NCBI RefSeq assembly: GCF_000993805.1
Contig: NZ_CP009961.1
Coordinates: 1,170,453 to 1,202,452 of the forward strand
Direction of reading: 5' to 3'
Length of the DNA stretch: 32,000 bases
From: Infirmifilum uzonense
GTDB taxonomy: Archaea > Thermoproteota > Thermoprotei > Thermofilales > Thermofilaceae
Part shown: positions 1 to 9,651 of the stretch, one piece after another
Layout of the letters: each line of letters starts with the position of its first letter
Position numbering within the stretch: the stretch's first letter is position 1
Position numbers and translations under genes: made by a program
The notes under the pieces: model-generated
The model's input: the letters and a program-made list of their open reading frames with translations, nothing else
The model's database searches: none
What the model was told of the DNA's origin: nothing

Positions 1-6
1 TCTGGG

Positions 7-1038
7 ATGTTGCTTCATGCTTTGAGCATGCCAAAGTATCTTTCCGAGAGTATTGTAAGATATAAAGAAGACGTCTCAAAACTGACTTTACCGGATCCTT
101 CCACGTTTGATGGGGTAGTTATAAGCGGTATGGGCGGTTCTTTCATAAGCGGTCTTTTTTTGCAAGATCTAGCATCTGATAGAAGTTCTAAAGCCATTAT
201 ACTGAACAGGGATGTAAGGCTCCCTAGATTTATAGACGAGAAGAAATTACTGGTTGCTGTCAGCTATTCTGGAAACACTGAAGAAACACTGCGGATTTAC
301 CTTGAAGGATTGAGAAGGAATATACCAGTTGTGGCTGTAACTTCTGGAGGTGAGCTGGCTGCAGTTTCTGAGAAACTGGGTAAGCCTGTTATTCGCTTAC
401 CACCTGGAATCCCTCCTCGCGCAGCCTTTCCACACCTTACGGCTGCAATTGCAGCTCTGACTTCATCAGTACTAGGCTTAGATCTTCTGGGCGAGCTAAG
501 AAGAGCTATAGATGAACTCGCAAAAAGAGAGGACTCCGTTTTAAGCGATGGCCTAGCCTTGTCCCGTCTTCTATTTAGCGACGTCCAGAATAATTTAACG
601 CCTCTTATCTATGGTTATTCGCCCTATCTATCCCCGGCATATAGATTCAAAACACAGATAAACGAAAACTCAAAGATCCATGCATTCTTCGGCGAGCTGC
701 CGGAGGTAAACCACAACGAGATAATGGGTTGGAACGGCGTACTAAAAAGCTTTACCGTTGTCTTCGTGAGGGGCCGAGAAGAGCCAAAGTATATGGAGGC
801 ACGTATAGAGTTTCTTGAGAATTTATTCGATAAAAACAATATAAGGTTTTACAACCTCCACGGAAATTGTGAAAAGAGAGCTTGTGAGCTACTTTCACTC
901 ATAATGAAAGCTGACGTGGTGTCAATCGCTCTAGCTCTTCTTCTAGGCGTGGATCCTACGCCCGTTGATACAATAACGCAGCTTAAAAAGTTCCTTGATT
1001 CAAAAATCGGTTTCTCATTACATCGCGAGATCAATTGA
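7..1038 (+). CDS. bifunctional phosphoglucose/phosphomannose isomerase (SIS domain, crenarchaeal PGI/PMI type)
   Basis: 343-aa ORF. It has the SIS-type motifs GMGGS and SYSGNTEET, followed by NENSK and PEVNHNE, as in archaeal PGI/PMI. Recognised by eye only. Confidence 0.75.
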   Translation: MLLHALSMPKYLSESIVRYKEDVSKLTLPDPSTFDGVVISGMGGSFISGLFLQDLASDRSSKAIILNRDVRLPRFIDEKKLLVAVSYSGNTEETLRIYLEGLRRNIPVVAVTSGGELAAVSEKLGKPVIRLPPGIPPRAAFPHLTAAIAALTSSVLGLDLLGELRRAIDELAKREDSVLSDGLALSRLLFSDVQNNLTPLIYGYSPYLSPAYRFKTQINENSKIHAFFGELPEVNHNEIMGWNGVLKSFTVVFVRGREEPKYMEARIEFLENLFDKNNIRFYNLHGNCEKRACELLSLIMKADVVSIALALLLGVDPTPVDTITQLKKFLDSKIGFSLHREIN

Positions 1039-1046
1039 TAATTTCT

Positions 1047-1787
1047 CTATAACCTCTCAATCATTTTTTTGAGACGGAGAGCGTCGTCAAACATCTGAAT
1101 GTTGTTAAAGAAAACATATACGCGTGAGGCAGTCAGCGACTCTATCAGTGAAATCAATTTTTTAAGGTCGTAATCAGTATACTTGTACGAGTAATTTACC
1201 TCTCCTTTCCCTATTCCGTGAAGCCGAAAATAATAGATTTTTTCCTTTGAGAGAGGAGTATGCCTGAAAGGATCCACAACGTGGACAAGCTTATGCCTGG
1301 CTAAAGTATCTGCCAAAAACCCTTCATCTTCGTACCAAGCGCCTCGGGGTTCCCAACCTAGTACTAGATTATCCCTTTCTATCCTGTTAAAGAAGAACTC
1401 TAGGTTTTTGACATTCTCGCTTGTAGGAGTGAAACTGGGAGGCGTTTGGAAAACTATAAACGATGACTTTAAAGTATGAGCGGCTCTTTTAGTGTATTCC
1501 CAAGCTGACAGTACTTGCTGGGTGGGTTTGAAGAAGCCGTGATCCTCTGTAGCTTTAAAGCCTCTGGCCCTCCTCCACGTTGGGGAACTAGGGGGGTGTG
1601 TTATACCCTGGAAAGCTTTAATGGTAAACTCAAAGTCCTCAGGACTCTCTTTCCTCCACTTCGTCAATGTTTCCTCCGATATCACTCTATAAAACGTCTC
1701 CTGGAGTTCTACCGCTCTGAAAACCTGGTAATAGTTTTTACGGCCGCCTTTACCTGAAAAACCGCAAGTTCCGATTATAATTTCCAC
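1047..1787 (-). CDS. DUF72 (UPF0759) family protein
   Basis: 246-aa ORF. It shows the DUF72 pattern: N-terminal IGTCGFS, FEFTIKAF..ITH, QTPPSF, WEPR, and C-terminal YFRLHG....YSYKY. Confidence 0.7.
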   Translation of the reverse strand: MEIIIGTCGFSGKGGRKNYYQVFRAVELQETFYRVISEETLTKWRKESPEDFEFTIKAFQGITHPPSSPTWRRARGFKATEDHGFFKPTQQVLSAWEYTKRAAHTLKSSFIVFQTPPSFTPTSENVKNLEFFFNRIERDNLVLGWEPRGAWYEDEGFLADTLARHKLVHVVDPFRHTPLSKEKIYYFRLHGIGKGEVNYSYKYTDYDLKKLISLIESLTASRVYVFFNNIQMFDDALRLKKMIERL

Positions 1788-2056
1788 ATGAAATTACCAC
1801 GAGAATGAGATGTAAAAACTTATTCCCGCATATTTTTAGAAGAACTGTCCAATACACTTCCACCACCATAGATTACTCCTAAATCTACTCTATTCTTTAG
1901 CGCATTTCCCGTTGACACTGTTCCTGGTTATGCTCTTGAACAAGAGTTTATGAAGGAGTTATGGGAGCGATCTGATAAGAAGCACTGGAAGGTAAAAGAT
2001 GGAGCACTGTGAATAGACGTGGATCGACATCATGAGCTCTTAGCACACAGGTATCC

Positions 2057-2710
2057 CTAGGAGTTTCTCTTCCTGGCACTCGTAGCGTAGATGTGGGCCA
2101 GTCTGATTGGCTCTGGAAGAGAAGCATTACTCTTGGTTAGACTTATCGCGAGCTTCAACGCCGTATTCAATGTCAGCTTATTTCCAACACTAATGTAAAT
2201 GTCTCTCCGCGAACGACCTAACTTCACAGCGTAGGCTAAAACCTCACCGTTATAGATTACCATCCCTAGCTTATCGCTTAATCGCTCGACGCTACCCATC
2301 AAAAGCTTCTTGGCAACTCCTATAGTCGGCTTCCCTACTACAACTCCAAGATGACAAGCAAAGCCCGCCTTGTAAGGGTGTAGGCGACCGTTGCCGTCTA
2401 CGAATAGCACCTGGTATGTTGAGCGCAGTTTCTTGAGAGCTTTGAATGCCGGCCATACTTCTCTAAAAGCGAGCAGCGTCGGGATATATGGAAATTTCAC
2501 CTCCACCTCTGTTACTGAGACTTCCACGGGTGAAAGAGTTTGCACGTCGACTACAACACCGGCTGCGAATGCCTTGTCGTTTTTATAAGCCACATCGACG
2601 CCCGCCGCTAGCCTCAGTGGAAGTTCTATTTCATCTCTCTCCACAACCTTTTCAGCTATTTTCTTCTGGGCGAGCCGTGCCTTCTCGATTGAAAAGTTCA
2701 CAGGTATCAT
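2057..2710 (-). CDS. nfi: endonuclease V
   Basis: 217-aa ORF with AGVDVAY, PTLLAFRE, VDGNGRLHPYKAGFACHLGV and PTIGVAKK motifs typical of endonuclease V. Its start overlaps the stop of the upstream gene by 4 nt (ATGA). Confidence 0.85.
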   Translation of the reverse strand: MIPVNFSIEKARLAQKKIAEKVVERDEIELPLRLAAGVDVAYKNDKAFAAGVVVDVQTLSPVEVSVTEVEVKFPYIPTLLAFREVWPAFKALKKLRSTYQVLFVDGNGRLHPYKAGFACHLGVVVGKPTIGVAKKLLMGSVERLSDKLGMVIYNGEVLAYAVKLGRSRRDIYISVGNKLTLNTALKLAISLTKSNASLPEPIRLAHIYATSARKRNS

Positions 2711-3345
2711 ATTTCCTTCAAGGCTTTTTGAAACATTCTCGTGAGAGCACTAGACTTTTCCGAGAACAAGATGTCTTTTCGAGTGTTTTCGATCAAGGCA
2801 CGCGCAACGTCTATTTTATGACGTAAGCCTGGAGCTAGAGTCTCGGGAAACGACAGCTTACTTAGCTCGAAGAATACGGTCTCCATTAGCTGCAAGAGAT
2901 CCCAAGCTCTCTGAACATCGTCTTTACGTAGATTGTCTAAAATATTCCTCCTAATCTCTCCCACCAGATCGCCCATACCCAACAGGTAAGCTTGTGGCTC
3001 TACCCTCAACTCATCGATCGTCGGGATCCTTTGATGCGATAGAATCGCGAAGAGCGTCGTAGCCTCTACATATTCAGCTTGAGCGGAAAGCGTGGAGCCA
3101 CCGTAATAAATGTTAGGGGACTCTTTCTTGTATTTCTCAACCTCTCTTAAAAGAGTCTCGGCTTCCCTTAACATCTGCATGCTTTTCTCGAAATCCCCCC
3201 TATGCATAGCAAAGATCGCTTCACGAGTTTTCCTAGTTATTTCGCGGGTGAGAGCGAGAAGCTCTTCCCTACTCTCGTCTAGGATCGTCAATTCTTGTCC
3301 GGCCTTTCTAATATTCTCCCTTATTACTTCTTCGTCTAAGGACAT
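2707..3345 (-). CDS. translin-family protein
   Basis: 212-aa all-helical ORF. The C-terminal half has the translin/TRAX-like pattern YLLGMGDLVGEIRR ... LRHKIDV. It is translationally coupled to nfi. Confidence 0.6.
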   Translation of the reverse strand: MSLDEEVIRENIRKAGQELTILDESREELLALTREITRKTREAIFAMHRGDFEKSMQMLREAETLLREVEKYKKESPNIYYGGSTLSAQAEYVEATTLFAILSHQRIPTIDELRVEPQAYLLGMGDLVGEIRRNILDNLRKDDVQRAWDLLQLMETVFFELSKLSFPETLAPGLRHKIDVARALIENTRKDILFSEKSSALTRMFQKALKEI

Positions 3346-3414
3346 AATAATTTATTGGGGCAGCCGCGATATTAAATATATACCTTGGATGCAATGAATG
3401 GCTAGCATCACGGT

Positions 3415-4329
3415 ATGTTCGAGGAATATCTTAGAGCTGGAGAGATCGCAAGGCAGGCTCTCAAACTAGCAATTGATACTGTAGCTGAGGGAACGCCTCT
3501 CATAGATATAGCCGAAAAACTGGAAGGCTTCATAAGAGCTAAGGGCGGAAAACCAGCCTTCCCGGTGAACATATCCATCAATGATGTAGCGGCGCACTAT
3601 TCTCCAAGCATTGAGGACCAACAAGTTATCCCACGTGGCTCCATCGTGAAGGTCGATCTAGGAGTTCACATTGATGGATATATAGCTGATACGGCGGTGA
3701 CCATATTCTTTGACAATAAGTTTCGCCTCCATGTTAAAGCTGCTCTCGAAGCTTTAGAAGAAGCAGCTTCCACTATTAAGCCTGGGGTTGGAGTGAATGA
3801 CATTGCCAAGGCAATCTCTAGAAAAATCTATTCGCATGGTCTTCATCCTATCAGAAACTTAACCGGGCACAAAATCGAGAGATATAATCTCCATGCCGGC
3901 AAAAGCGTCCCTAATGTTCCAGGCCCGGAATACTTAGCATCCCGTATACTAGAAAATGAAGTCTACGCAGTTGAACCCTTCGCGACCGACGGAACAGGTT
4001 TTGTGAGTGAGAGAGGGCCCAGTAACATTTACAGGGTGATCTCGGTTAAAAAAGTTCCTAAAAATGAAACACTTAACGAGGTGCTAGAAGCGCTTTGGAG
4101 AGAGGTTGGAGGACTACCCTTCTCAGAGAGATGGGTGGTTGATAAAATACTTGAACGAGGGCAGCTAGAAGAACTTGTAAACATAAAAAGAGTTTATCAT
4201 TATCCTAGACTCGTCGAAGATTCTCAAGGCTTCGTAAGCCAATTTGAAGACACCTTGATTGTCACAAAAGAAAAGGCAATCCAGTTAGCAAATTCGGCAT
4301 CTCTCTACAGGAGCCTTGTCGACATCTGA
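3415..4329 (+). CDS. map: type II methionine aminopeptidase
   Basis: 304-aa ORF with pita-bread metal-ligand context (AAHYSP, VDLGVHIDGYIADTA, TGHKI, AVEPFAT, FEDT). Its length matches archaeal MetAP2. Confidence 0.9.
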   Translation: MFEEYLRAGEIARQALKLAIDTVAEGTPLIDIAEKLEGFIRAKGGKPAFPVNISINDVAAHYSPSIEDQQVIPRGSIVKVDLGVHIDGYIADTAVTIFFDNKFRLHVKAALEALEEAASTIKPGVGVNDIAKAISRKIYSHGLHPIRNLTGHKIERYNLHAGKSVPNVPGPEYLASRILENEVYAVEPFATDGTGFVSERGPSNIYRVISVKKVPKNETLNEVLEALWREVGGLPFSERWVVDKILERGQLEELVNIKRVYHYPRLVEDSQGFVSQFEDTLIVTKEKAIQLANSASLYRSLVDI

Positions 4330-4409
4330 CCCGCCTCCGCTACTCTTCCTTTAAACGTTTCGATAGGTTTGACGAAAAAAAGATAAGCTTCTGAAAGTAG
4401 ATTGCCTGA

Positions 4410-4521
4410 GGGGCCGTAGTCCAGCCTGGTAGGATGCCTGGCACGGCTTTTAAAAGCCGCGGGACTTGGGATCTGGGGACAAGAACCCAGGTGGTCCCGG
4501 GTTCAAATCCCGGCGGCCCCA
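4410..4521 (+). tRNA. tRNA-Pro with about 38 nt of intron sequence. The anticodon is most likely UGG.
   Basis: The acceptor (GGGGCCG/CGGCCCC), D arm (GTCC..GGAT) and T arm (CCGGG TTCAAAT CCCGG) are almost identical to the intron-less tRNA-Pro(GGG) at 15949-16022. The anticodon stem CCTGG/CCAGG encloses 45 nt that include CTTGGGA, an anticodon-loop-like 7-mer with TGG. Confidence 0.8.
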
Positions 4522-4547
4522 TTATCGGCTTGTTTTACTTCCGATAT

Positions 4548-4932
4548 CCCTAGTATATCTTCTTCGCCTCCTATTCCTCGAGGAGGTTTTCAAGCATGCT
4601 CCTGTGCTCCTCTAGCTCCTCGAGTATTGCATCGATGCTGTCGAGTGCCTTCCTGTGGTCTGGGAGGATGTCAGCATATGCCTTGAAAGGGGCTATACGT
4701 GTGCAGGACTTGGGCCTCGAAATAAACGCTGCATAAACATATGCTTGGACATCGCCCACAAGACAGGATACAGCCCACTAACACCAAGCGAGATCAAAGC
4801 CTTTGTGTCGACACGGAGTGGAGTCATTACTCGCCGAGAAGAAGGGCAAGATACGCCCATCGGGATTCAGAAAATAACCCTTTAACAGGGAAACCTCGCC
4901 CTTCAGGGCGGGGAGGAGGTCAGGCAGGGCGT
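4548..4932 (-). pseudogene. degraded copy 1 of a repeated small coiled-coil ORF element. The remnant ORF is 4571-4759 with a GTG start.
   Basis: The C-terminal 36 aa (AYADILPDHRKALDSIDAILEELEEHRSMLENLLEE) align with the ORF at 16908-17165. DNA similarity also continues about 25 nt past the stop (ccctagtat..) and resumes upstream at 4836-4932. About 150 nt of unrelated sequence and an in-frame stop lie between these two similar blocks. Confidence 0.55.
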
Positions 4933-4950
4933 ATTAGAACTAGCATGAAT

Positions 4951-5637
4951 TTACTGGGGGTAGCCTAGAAGCTTTTGAAGATTACTCGAGGAATAACCCT
5001 CTATTCTTTCCTCAATGAAAACTATTTTGGCCTTGGAACCAACCTCCTTTAATGACTCCTCGACCTTAGGCTTAAGCCATATCTGATCGGCACCAAGGAC
5101 GACATAGTCAGGCTTAACCCTTTCAATCGCACTTGCAAAGTTCGGCGGGTAATCGCCTAGAAAGGCTTCTTCCACAAGCTTCAGGCTGTTGAGTAGTAAA
5201 ACTCTATCCGTTTCTTTCATTAAAGGTTTTTTTCCTTTGGTTTCAATAACCGTCGCATCCCTTGCAACAACAACGTAGACCTTTCCATACTCGCCTGCCT
5301 TCCTAAGAAAATATATATGGCCGGGATGAAGGAGGTCAAAAACACCTCCTACGAGTACTCTGTGAGTGGCCACGTTGTCTTGCGGTTTTCTCCACTCAAA
5401 CTCAGCCTTGCCAAGTATTCTCAACGCGTCTAGAAGGCCTTCCGCGTAGGAGGCGCAAGCTATGGCTGTTAAACAGTCACCCAATTTAGAATAGTGTTGC
5501 GAGTCAGACAAATACAGTCTTGCCTGGTTAATCACAGTCTCAATGTCTTTTCCATCACTCGTAAATTTGAGTGTCTCTAACGCAGCATTGACGTTGCTTA
5601 TATACTTCGAAGCCTTTTCCCGACAGACTTGTTCCAT
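4951..5637 (-). CDS. cytidylyltransferase-family protein (FAD synthase RibL-like) with an N-terminal DUF357-like domain
   Basis: 228-aa ORF. The C-terminal half has GGVFDLLHPGHIYFL and VVVARDATV..KGKKP (nucleotidyltransferase HxGH type, RibL-like). The N-terminal ~85 aa form a helical domain (SYAEGLLDAL). The ORF overlaps the 3' end of the diphthine synthase gene by 40 nt. Confidence 0.6.
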   Translation of the reverse strand: MEQVCREKASKYISNVNAALETLKFTSDGKDIETVINQARLYLSDSQHYSKLGDCLTAIACASYAEGLLDALRILGKAEFEWRKPQDNVATHRVLVGGVFDLLHPGHIYFLRKAGEYGKVYVVVARDATVIETKGKKPLMKETDRVLLLNSLKLVEEAFLGDYPPNFASAIERVKPDYVVLGADQIWLKPKVEESLKEVGSKAKIVFIEERIEGYSSSNLQKLLGYPQ

Positions 5638-6431
5638 TCAATAAACACCTCTCGGCTCATTCGAAGCTTATACTGTAAAAAATCTATTTCTGTATCGTGG
5701 AGAATACCAGGGATAACTATAGAGTGGGGCGGCGCGGTTTTCTTAAGAGATATCGCTTCACTTATTTTACCAACAAAGACTTCTTCCGTTGGTGTAAGCG
5801 CTCGCGAAACAGCTATAATTATAGTGTCGGGGCTTATTACTCCCTCGCGGAACTTTTCCTCTAGCATCATGAGTAACTCTGCAGCCTCAGGAATACTCAT
5901 ATACTTATTCTCTTCAGCCTTTATGTCGAGTAGCAGCAGTGTATGTAAACCGCGATCTAGGTTGTCTCCTATAACCCTGTATGACGTGTAGGGATAAAAG
6001 TTGAATTCCTTCTGCGGATAAACAAGCGTGGCTACCCGTCCAAACTTATAGATGTGGAGTCCAGTTGAACACAAAATGGCATCTATTACTGATGGGGCTG
6101 GAATGATTTTTACTTCTATACCCCTCTTGTAAGCCTCCGCGACTAAGTATGCATGTGTCGTAGCTATAAGTGGATTTCCAAATGTAAGAAAGACTACTTT
6201 CAGTTTTTGAGAGGCTTCCAATATTTCTTCGGTTATACCGTTCTCTAAATCCTTGCGGCTAAGAGATCTTAGGGTTTTCCCGGTAATCTTCTCGAAAACA
6301 GATTTTGAGAAATCCGGTGTTATGCTTGTGTATTCTTCTAAGAATACGATATCCGCGGTCTTTATTTCTTCCATTAAACCTAGCGAAACATCACGTAAAC
6401 CGTATAGCCCTAGCCCTCCTATTACAAGCAT
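5598..6431 (-). CDS. dph5: diphthine synthase
   Basis: 277-aa ORF. The N-terminus GGLGLYGLRDVSLGLMEEIKTADIVFLEEYTS and the overall tetrapyrrole-methylase-like layout are typical of Dph5. Confidence 0.85.
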   Translation of the reverse strand: MLVIGGLGLYGLRDVSLGLMEEIKTADIVFLEEYTSITPDFSKSVFEKITGKTLRSLSRKDLENGITEEILEASQKLKVVFLTFGNPLIATTHAYLVAEAYKRGIEVKIIPAPSVIDAILCSTGLHIYKFGRVATLVYPQKEFNFYPYTSYRVIGDNLDRGLHTLLLLDIKAEENKYMSIPEAAELLMMLEEKFREGVISPDTIIIAVSRALTPTEEVFVGKISEAISLKKTAPPHSIVIPGILHDTEIDFLQYKLRMSREVFIEWNKSVGKRLRSI

Positions 6432-6488
6432 TAAGATAATTCGTGGTTATAGGCTCTATAAAATATATGTCAAAGAGGAAAACTCATT

Positions 6489-7451
6489 CTACCTGTTGGG
6501 CTTGATGGGCAACTTTATACCGAGCTTCTTTACAAGCTCCTTGTATCTGTTGCGTACAGTTACCTCGGTAACCTTTGCCGCCCGGGCAACTTCTTTCTGT
6601 GTACGCATCTCTCCATTCTGGATAGCAGCTATGTAAATGGCTGCCGCCGCAAGTCCTGCAGGATCCTTGCCAGCGGTAAGTCCTGCACTTCTAGCCTGTT
6701 CAATTATCTCCATTGCTCTTTTTATTGTTGAACCGGATAATCTTAGCAAAGAGCCGATCCTTGGAACAAAATCAGAGGCATTAGGGAGGGGAACCTTTAT
6801 CGCTGCTTCTCTTAGCAAGAGCCTATAGCATCTTGCAACATCTTTACGTCCTGCCCTTGTGTAAATAGCTATCTCATCAAGTGTCCTGGGAAGCCTCATC
6901 TCACGGCAGGCTGCATAAACGGCTGCAGCCATCACGGATTCAATGCTCCGGCCTCTAACAAGGTTACTATCTAGTGCTCTGCGATATATCTCTATAGCCC
7001 TATCTAGGACTGATTTGGGAAGCCCTAGCTGAGCACCTAGCCTTTCTAACTCGACAACTGCTTGAGCGAGATTCCTCTCCATTGAGCTTTGAGCTCTAGC
7101 CCTTACCTGCCATTTTCTTAGTCTCAACATTTCAATTTTCTTCCTAAGACTTATCTCCCGTCCCGCCGCATCTCTTCCAGCCCAATCAATATCTGTTACA
7201 AGGCTCTCGATTCCAAATCTTGAAATGGGTGCTCCAACTCGGCTACGTCTCTCCCTTTCTTCTGGTGTGAAGGCTCTCCACTCCGCACCTCGATCAATCT
7301 CACGCTCACTCATCACGTATCCGCAATTCGCACAGATTATTTCGCCTCTTGTAGCATCATATATAAGTTTGGTACTTCCGCATTGTGGACATCTAAGCTC
7401 TAACTCCGCTTCGCCCGGCGATTCCTCCTCTCTAATATTCTTTTTTTCCAT
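6489..7451 (-). CDS. tfb: transcription initiation factor IIB (TFB)
   Basis: 320-aa ORF with an N-terminal Zn ribbon (CPQCGS...CANCG), a B-linker, and two cyclin-like repeats. Confidence 0.95.
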   Translation of the reverse strand: MEKKNIREEESPGEAELELRCPQCGSTKLIYDATRGEIICANCGYVMSEREIDRGAEWRAFTPEERERRSRVGAPISRFGIESLVTDIDWAGRDAAGREISLRKKIEMLRLRKWQVRARAQSSMERNLAQAVVELERLGAQLGLPKSVLDRAIEIYRRALDSNLVRGRSIESVMAAAVYAACREMRLPRTLDEIAIYTRAGRKDVARCYRLLLREAAIKVPLPNASDFVPRIGSLLRLSGSTIKRAMEIIEQARSAGLTAGKDPAGLAAAAIYIAAIQNGEMRTQKEVARAAKVTEVTVRNRYKELVKKLGIKLPIKPNR

Positions 7452-7468
7452 GTATTCTCACCCGAAAT

Positions 7469-7477
7469 CTATTTAAG
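7469..7477 (-). promoter_or_regulatory. TATA-box-like element upstream of tfb
   Basis: The minus strand reads CTTAAATAG about 20-25 nt upstream of the tfb ATG, consistent with a leaderless or short-leader archaeal promoter. A second TTTAAATA lies about 45 nt upstream. Confidence 0.35.
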
Positions 7478-7517
7478 GATTTCTTTTCCAACCTATTTAA
7501 ACCTTTCTATCCAAAAA

Positions 7518-7925
7518 CTATATAAGTCTTCCTTTAGCCCTTCTTAAAAACAAAACCTCAACCCCCATTTTTTCGGCACGTTTCTTCATCTCTCGATCAG
7601 CGGTCGCTAAGATATACCCCCTTAGCCTGGCTTCACCAATTAAAACACTATCAATGTCTTCATGGGTGCCTGCAATCTTAATGTAACTGAAAAGATTAGG
7701 ATTTGTTTTGAGAATCTGTTCAACCAAAATAATAGCACTTGCAGCAATTACGCCTTTTTTCGATGCCTTATCGGCTGAAAGTTTTTGGAGTTCATTATGA
7801 ACAACATCTGGGATTACTACATGACATATTGGCTTCTCAGCGGGGAAAAGTACTTCGATCGGATTTAGCCTCTTTTCAACGATATACATGAGAACACTTG
7901 TATCGATAAGTACTGTTTTACACAT
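7518..7925 (-). CDS. PIN-domain nuclease (Fcf1/Utp24-like or VapC-like)
   Basis: 135-aa ORF with an N-terminal LIDTSVL acidic motif and a C-terminal ILATADREMKKRAEKMGVEV, as in PIN/Fcf1 proteins. No adjacent antitoxin ORF is evident. Confidence 0.55.
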   Translation of the reverse strand: MCKTVLIDTSVLMYIVEKRLNPIEVLFPAEKPICHVVIPDVVHNELQKLSADKASKKGVIAASAIILVEQILKTNPNLFSYIKIAGTHEDIDSVLIGEARLRGYILATADREMKKRAEKMGVEVLFLRRAKGRLI

Positions 7926-8177
7926 ATTACAGACAAGATCCCTAGTTAGAACCTCTTAATATTTCTAGTAAGCATCACCTCGAGGCCTACTCAAGAGCCA
8001 GATAACTTTGACTTAATAAGTTGTATTTTATAATATTTTTTAGACGATAAGATCCAAACAAGAGTTTTTTCGCTTAAAAAGACGTATTCATCAATAATTT
8101 ATACAAAAAATAACATAGCTTCAAAAAATATTTACAAGAATTTATTTATTCTTTCTCTACATATTCATACGAGCTAG

Positions 8178-9527
8178 ATGCAAGAAGTAGCCATATATCG
8201 AAGAAGAAAAGTTATAATCATGGGTGCTGCTGGGCGAGACTTTCATAACTTTAATGTCCTTTTTAGGAATGATTCTTCATATGAAGTTGTTGCTTTTACG
8301 GCTACTCAGATTCCATTTATAGATAATCGTAAATATCCTCCTGAGCTCGCAGGCCCGCTTTACCCTGAGGGTATACCAATTTATCCCGAACGTATGATTG
8401 AGGAACTTATTAAAAAATATAAGGTAGACGAGGTGTATCTTTCCTACAGTGATCTTAGATTCCACGAAGTAATGGACAAGGCTAGTCGTGTTACTGCTGC
8501 CGGTGCTAACTTCATCCTCCTCGGGGCTGAAAAAACCATGCTGAGATCCGTGAAGCCCGTGATTGCTGTTACCGCGTCCAGAACCGGTGCAGGAAAAAGC
8601 ACGATTACGAGGTATGTCACGCGGATACTAAGAGAAGCTGGAGTTAGGTTTACTGTAGTGAGACACCCGATGCCGTACGGAGATCTTAGGAAAAGTGTTG
8701 TCCAGAGATTCTCTACTTTTGACGACCTTGACTATTACAATTGTACAATAGAGGAGAGAGAAGAATATGAGCCGCACCTGGCTATGGGTAATATTGTGTA
8801 TGCTGGTGTAGACTACGAGAAGATATTAAGAGAGGCCGAGAAAGAATCTGACATTATAATCTGGGATGGCGGAAATAACGACTGGCCTTTCTTTAAACCA
8901 GACCTTTACATAACAATAGCGGACCCCACGCGTCCAGATGATGTTTTAGGCTCATATCCCGGGTATGTAAACGTAAAGTTGGCAGATGTCATAGTAATCA
9001 ACAAAGTAAATGCTGTTGAGGAAAAAGCCGTGGAAGTTGTGTTGAAGAGTGTAAGAGAGGTAAACGATAAAGCTAAGATAGTATACACTGCATCAGAGTT
9101 AAGCGTGGATGCTCCCGAACTTATAAGGAATAAAAAAGTAGTTGTAGTTGAGGATGGGCCTACGGTTACACACGGCTCACTAAGCTTTGCGGCTGGCTAC
9201 AACGCTGCAAGACAATTCGGTGCCCGCGAGATAATAGATCCTAGACCCTATGCTGTTGGCTCCATCGCCGATGCTTACAAATTGTATCCTCACCTTGGAC
9301 CTATAGTCCCTGCGTTAGGGTACTCTGAGGCACAAATTAGGGAACTGGAAGAGACATTGAATCGTATACCCGCCGACGCCATTGTAATGGGCACACCATC
9401 TGATCTCCGCCGATATTTGAAGCTAAACAAGCCTGCTGTCAGGGTTTTCTATGAAGCTCGAGAAGTATCGGTTCCAGGACTTAGAGAAATAATCCACGAA
9501 TTTATAAGTAGCCGCTTAAAGGTTTAG
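8178..9527 (+). CDS. P-loop NTPase of the COG2403 / cyclic 2,3-diphosphoglycerate-synthetase-like family
   Basis: 449-aa ORF with an N-terminal Rossmann-like MGAAGRDFHNFN and a central Walker A (ASRTGAGKST). The family assignment is from memory of similarly sized archaeal proteins. Confidence 0.45.
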   Translation: MQEVAIYRRRKVIIMGAAGRDFHNFNVLFRNDSSYEVVAFTATQIPFIDNRKYPPELAGPLYPEGIPIYPERMIEELIKKYKVDEVYLSYSDLRFHEVMDKASRVTAAGANFILLGAEKTMLRSVKPVIAVTASRTGAGKSTITRYVTRILREAGVRFTVVRHPMPYGDLRKSVVQRFSTFDDLDYYNCTIEEREEYEPHLAMGNIVYAGVDYEKILREAEKESDIIIWDGGNNDWPFFKPDLYITIADPTRPDDVLGSYPGYVNVKLADVIVINKVNAVEEKAVEVVLKSVREVNDKAKIVYTASELSVDAPELIRNKKVVVVEDGPTVTHGSLSFAAGYNAARQFGAREIIDPRPYAVGSIADAYKLYPHLGPIVPALGYSEAQIRELEETLNRIPADAIVMGTPSDLRRYLKLNKPAVRVFYEAREVSVPGLREIIHEFISSRLKV

Positions 9528-9651
9528 CCACTACACATTCTAATTTCTATGTCTTCGATCATGTCGGAAAAGTACCTTGTATGGTGTATGTGATCGCATG
9601 AAGTATAATAAGCACTAATAAAAATATACCAGAATAGAGTTGTGATTTGAC

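Noticed and set aside
1788-2056. A 270-nt ORF-poor gap between the DUF72 and nfi genes was considered as a possible sRNA locus.
   Set aside because: It contains only a near-miss C box (ATGATGT on the minus strand) without a partner D box or terminal stem. It also contains a 20-codon ORF with no support. The evidence is insufficient for a call.
4340-4522. A 60-aa minus-strand ORF overlaps the tRNA-Pro gene. ORFs 15746-16006 and 15816-16130 similarly overlap tRNA-Leu and tRNA-Pro(GGG).
   Set aside because: These ORFs are explained entirely by the tRNA genes and their flanks, for example the peptide GPPGFEPGT, which comes from the T-arm sequence. There is no independent coding evidence.
7926-8177. 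A ~250-bp very AT-rich intergenic region was considered as a possible replication origin.
   Set aside because: I could find no ORB or mini-ORB-like inverted repeats and no adjacent cdc6/orc1 gene. The region lies between divergent genes (the PIN-domain gene and the COG2403 gene), so two promoters are sufficient to explain it.
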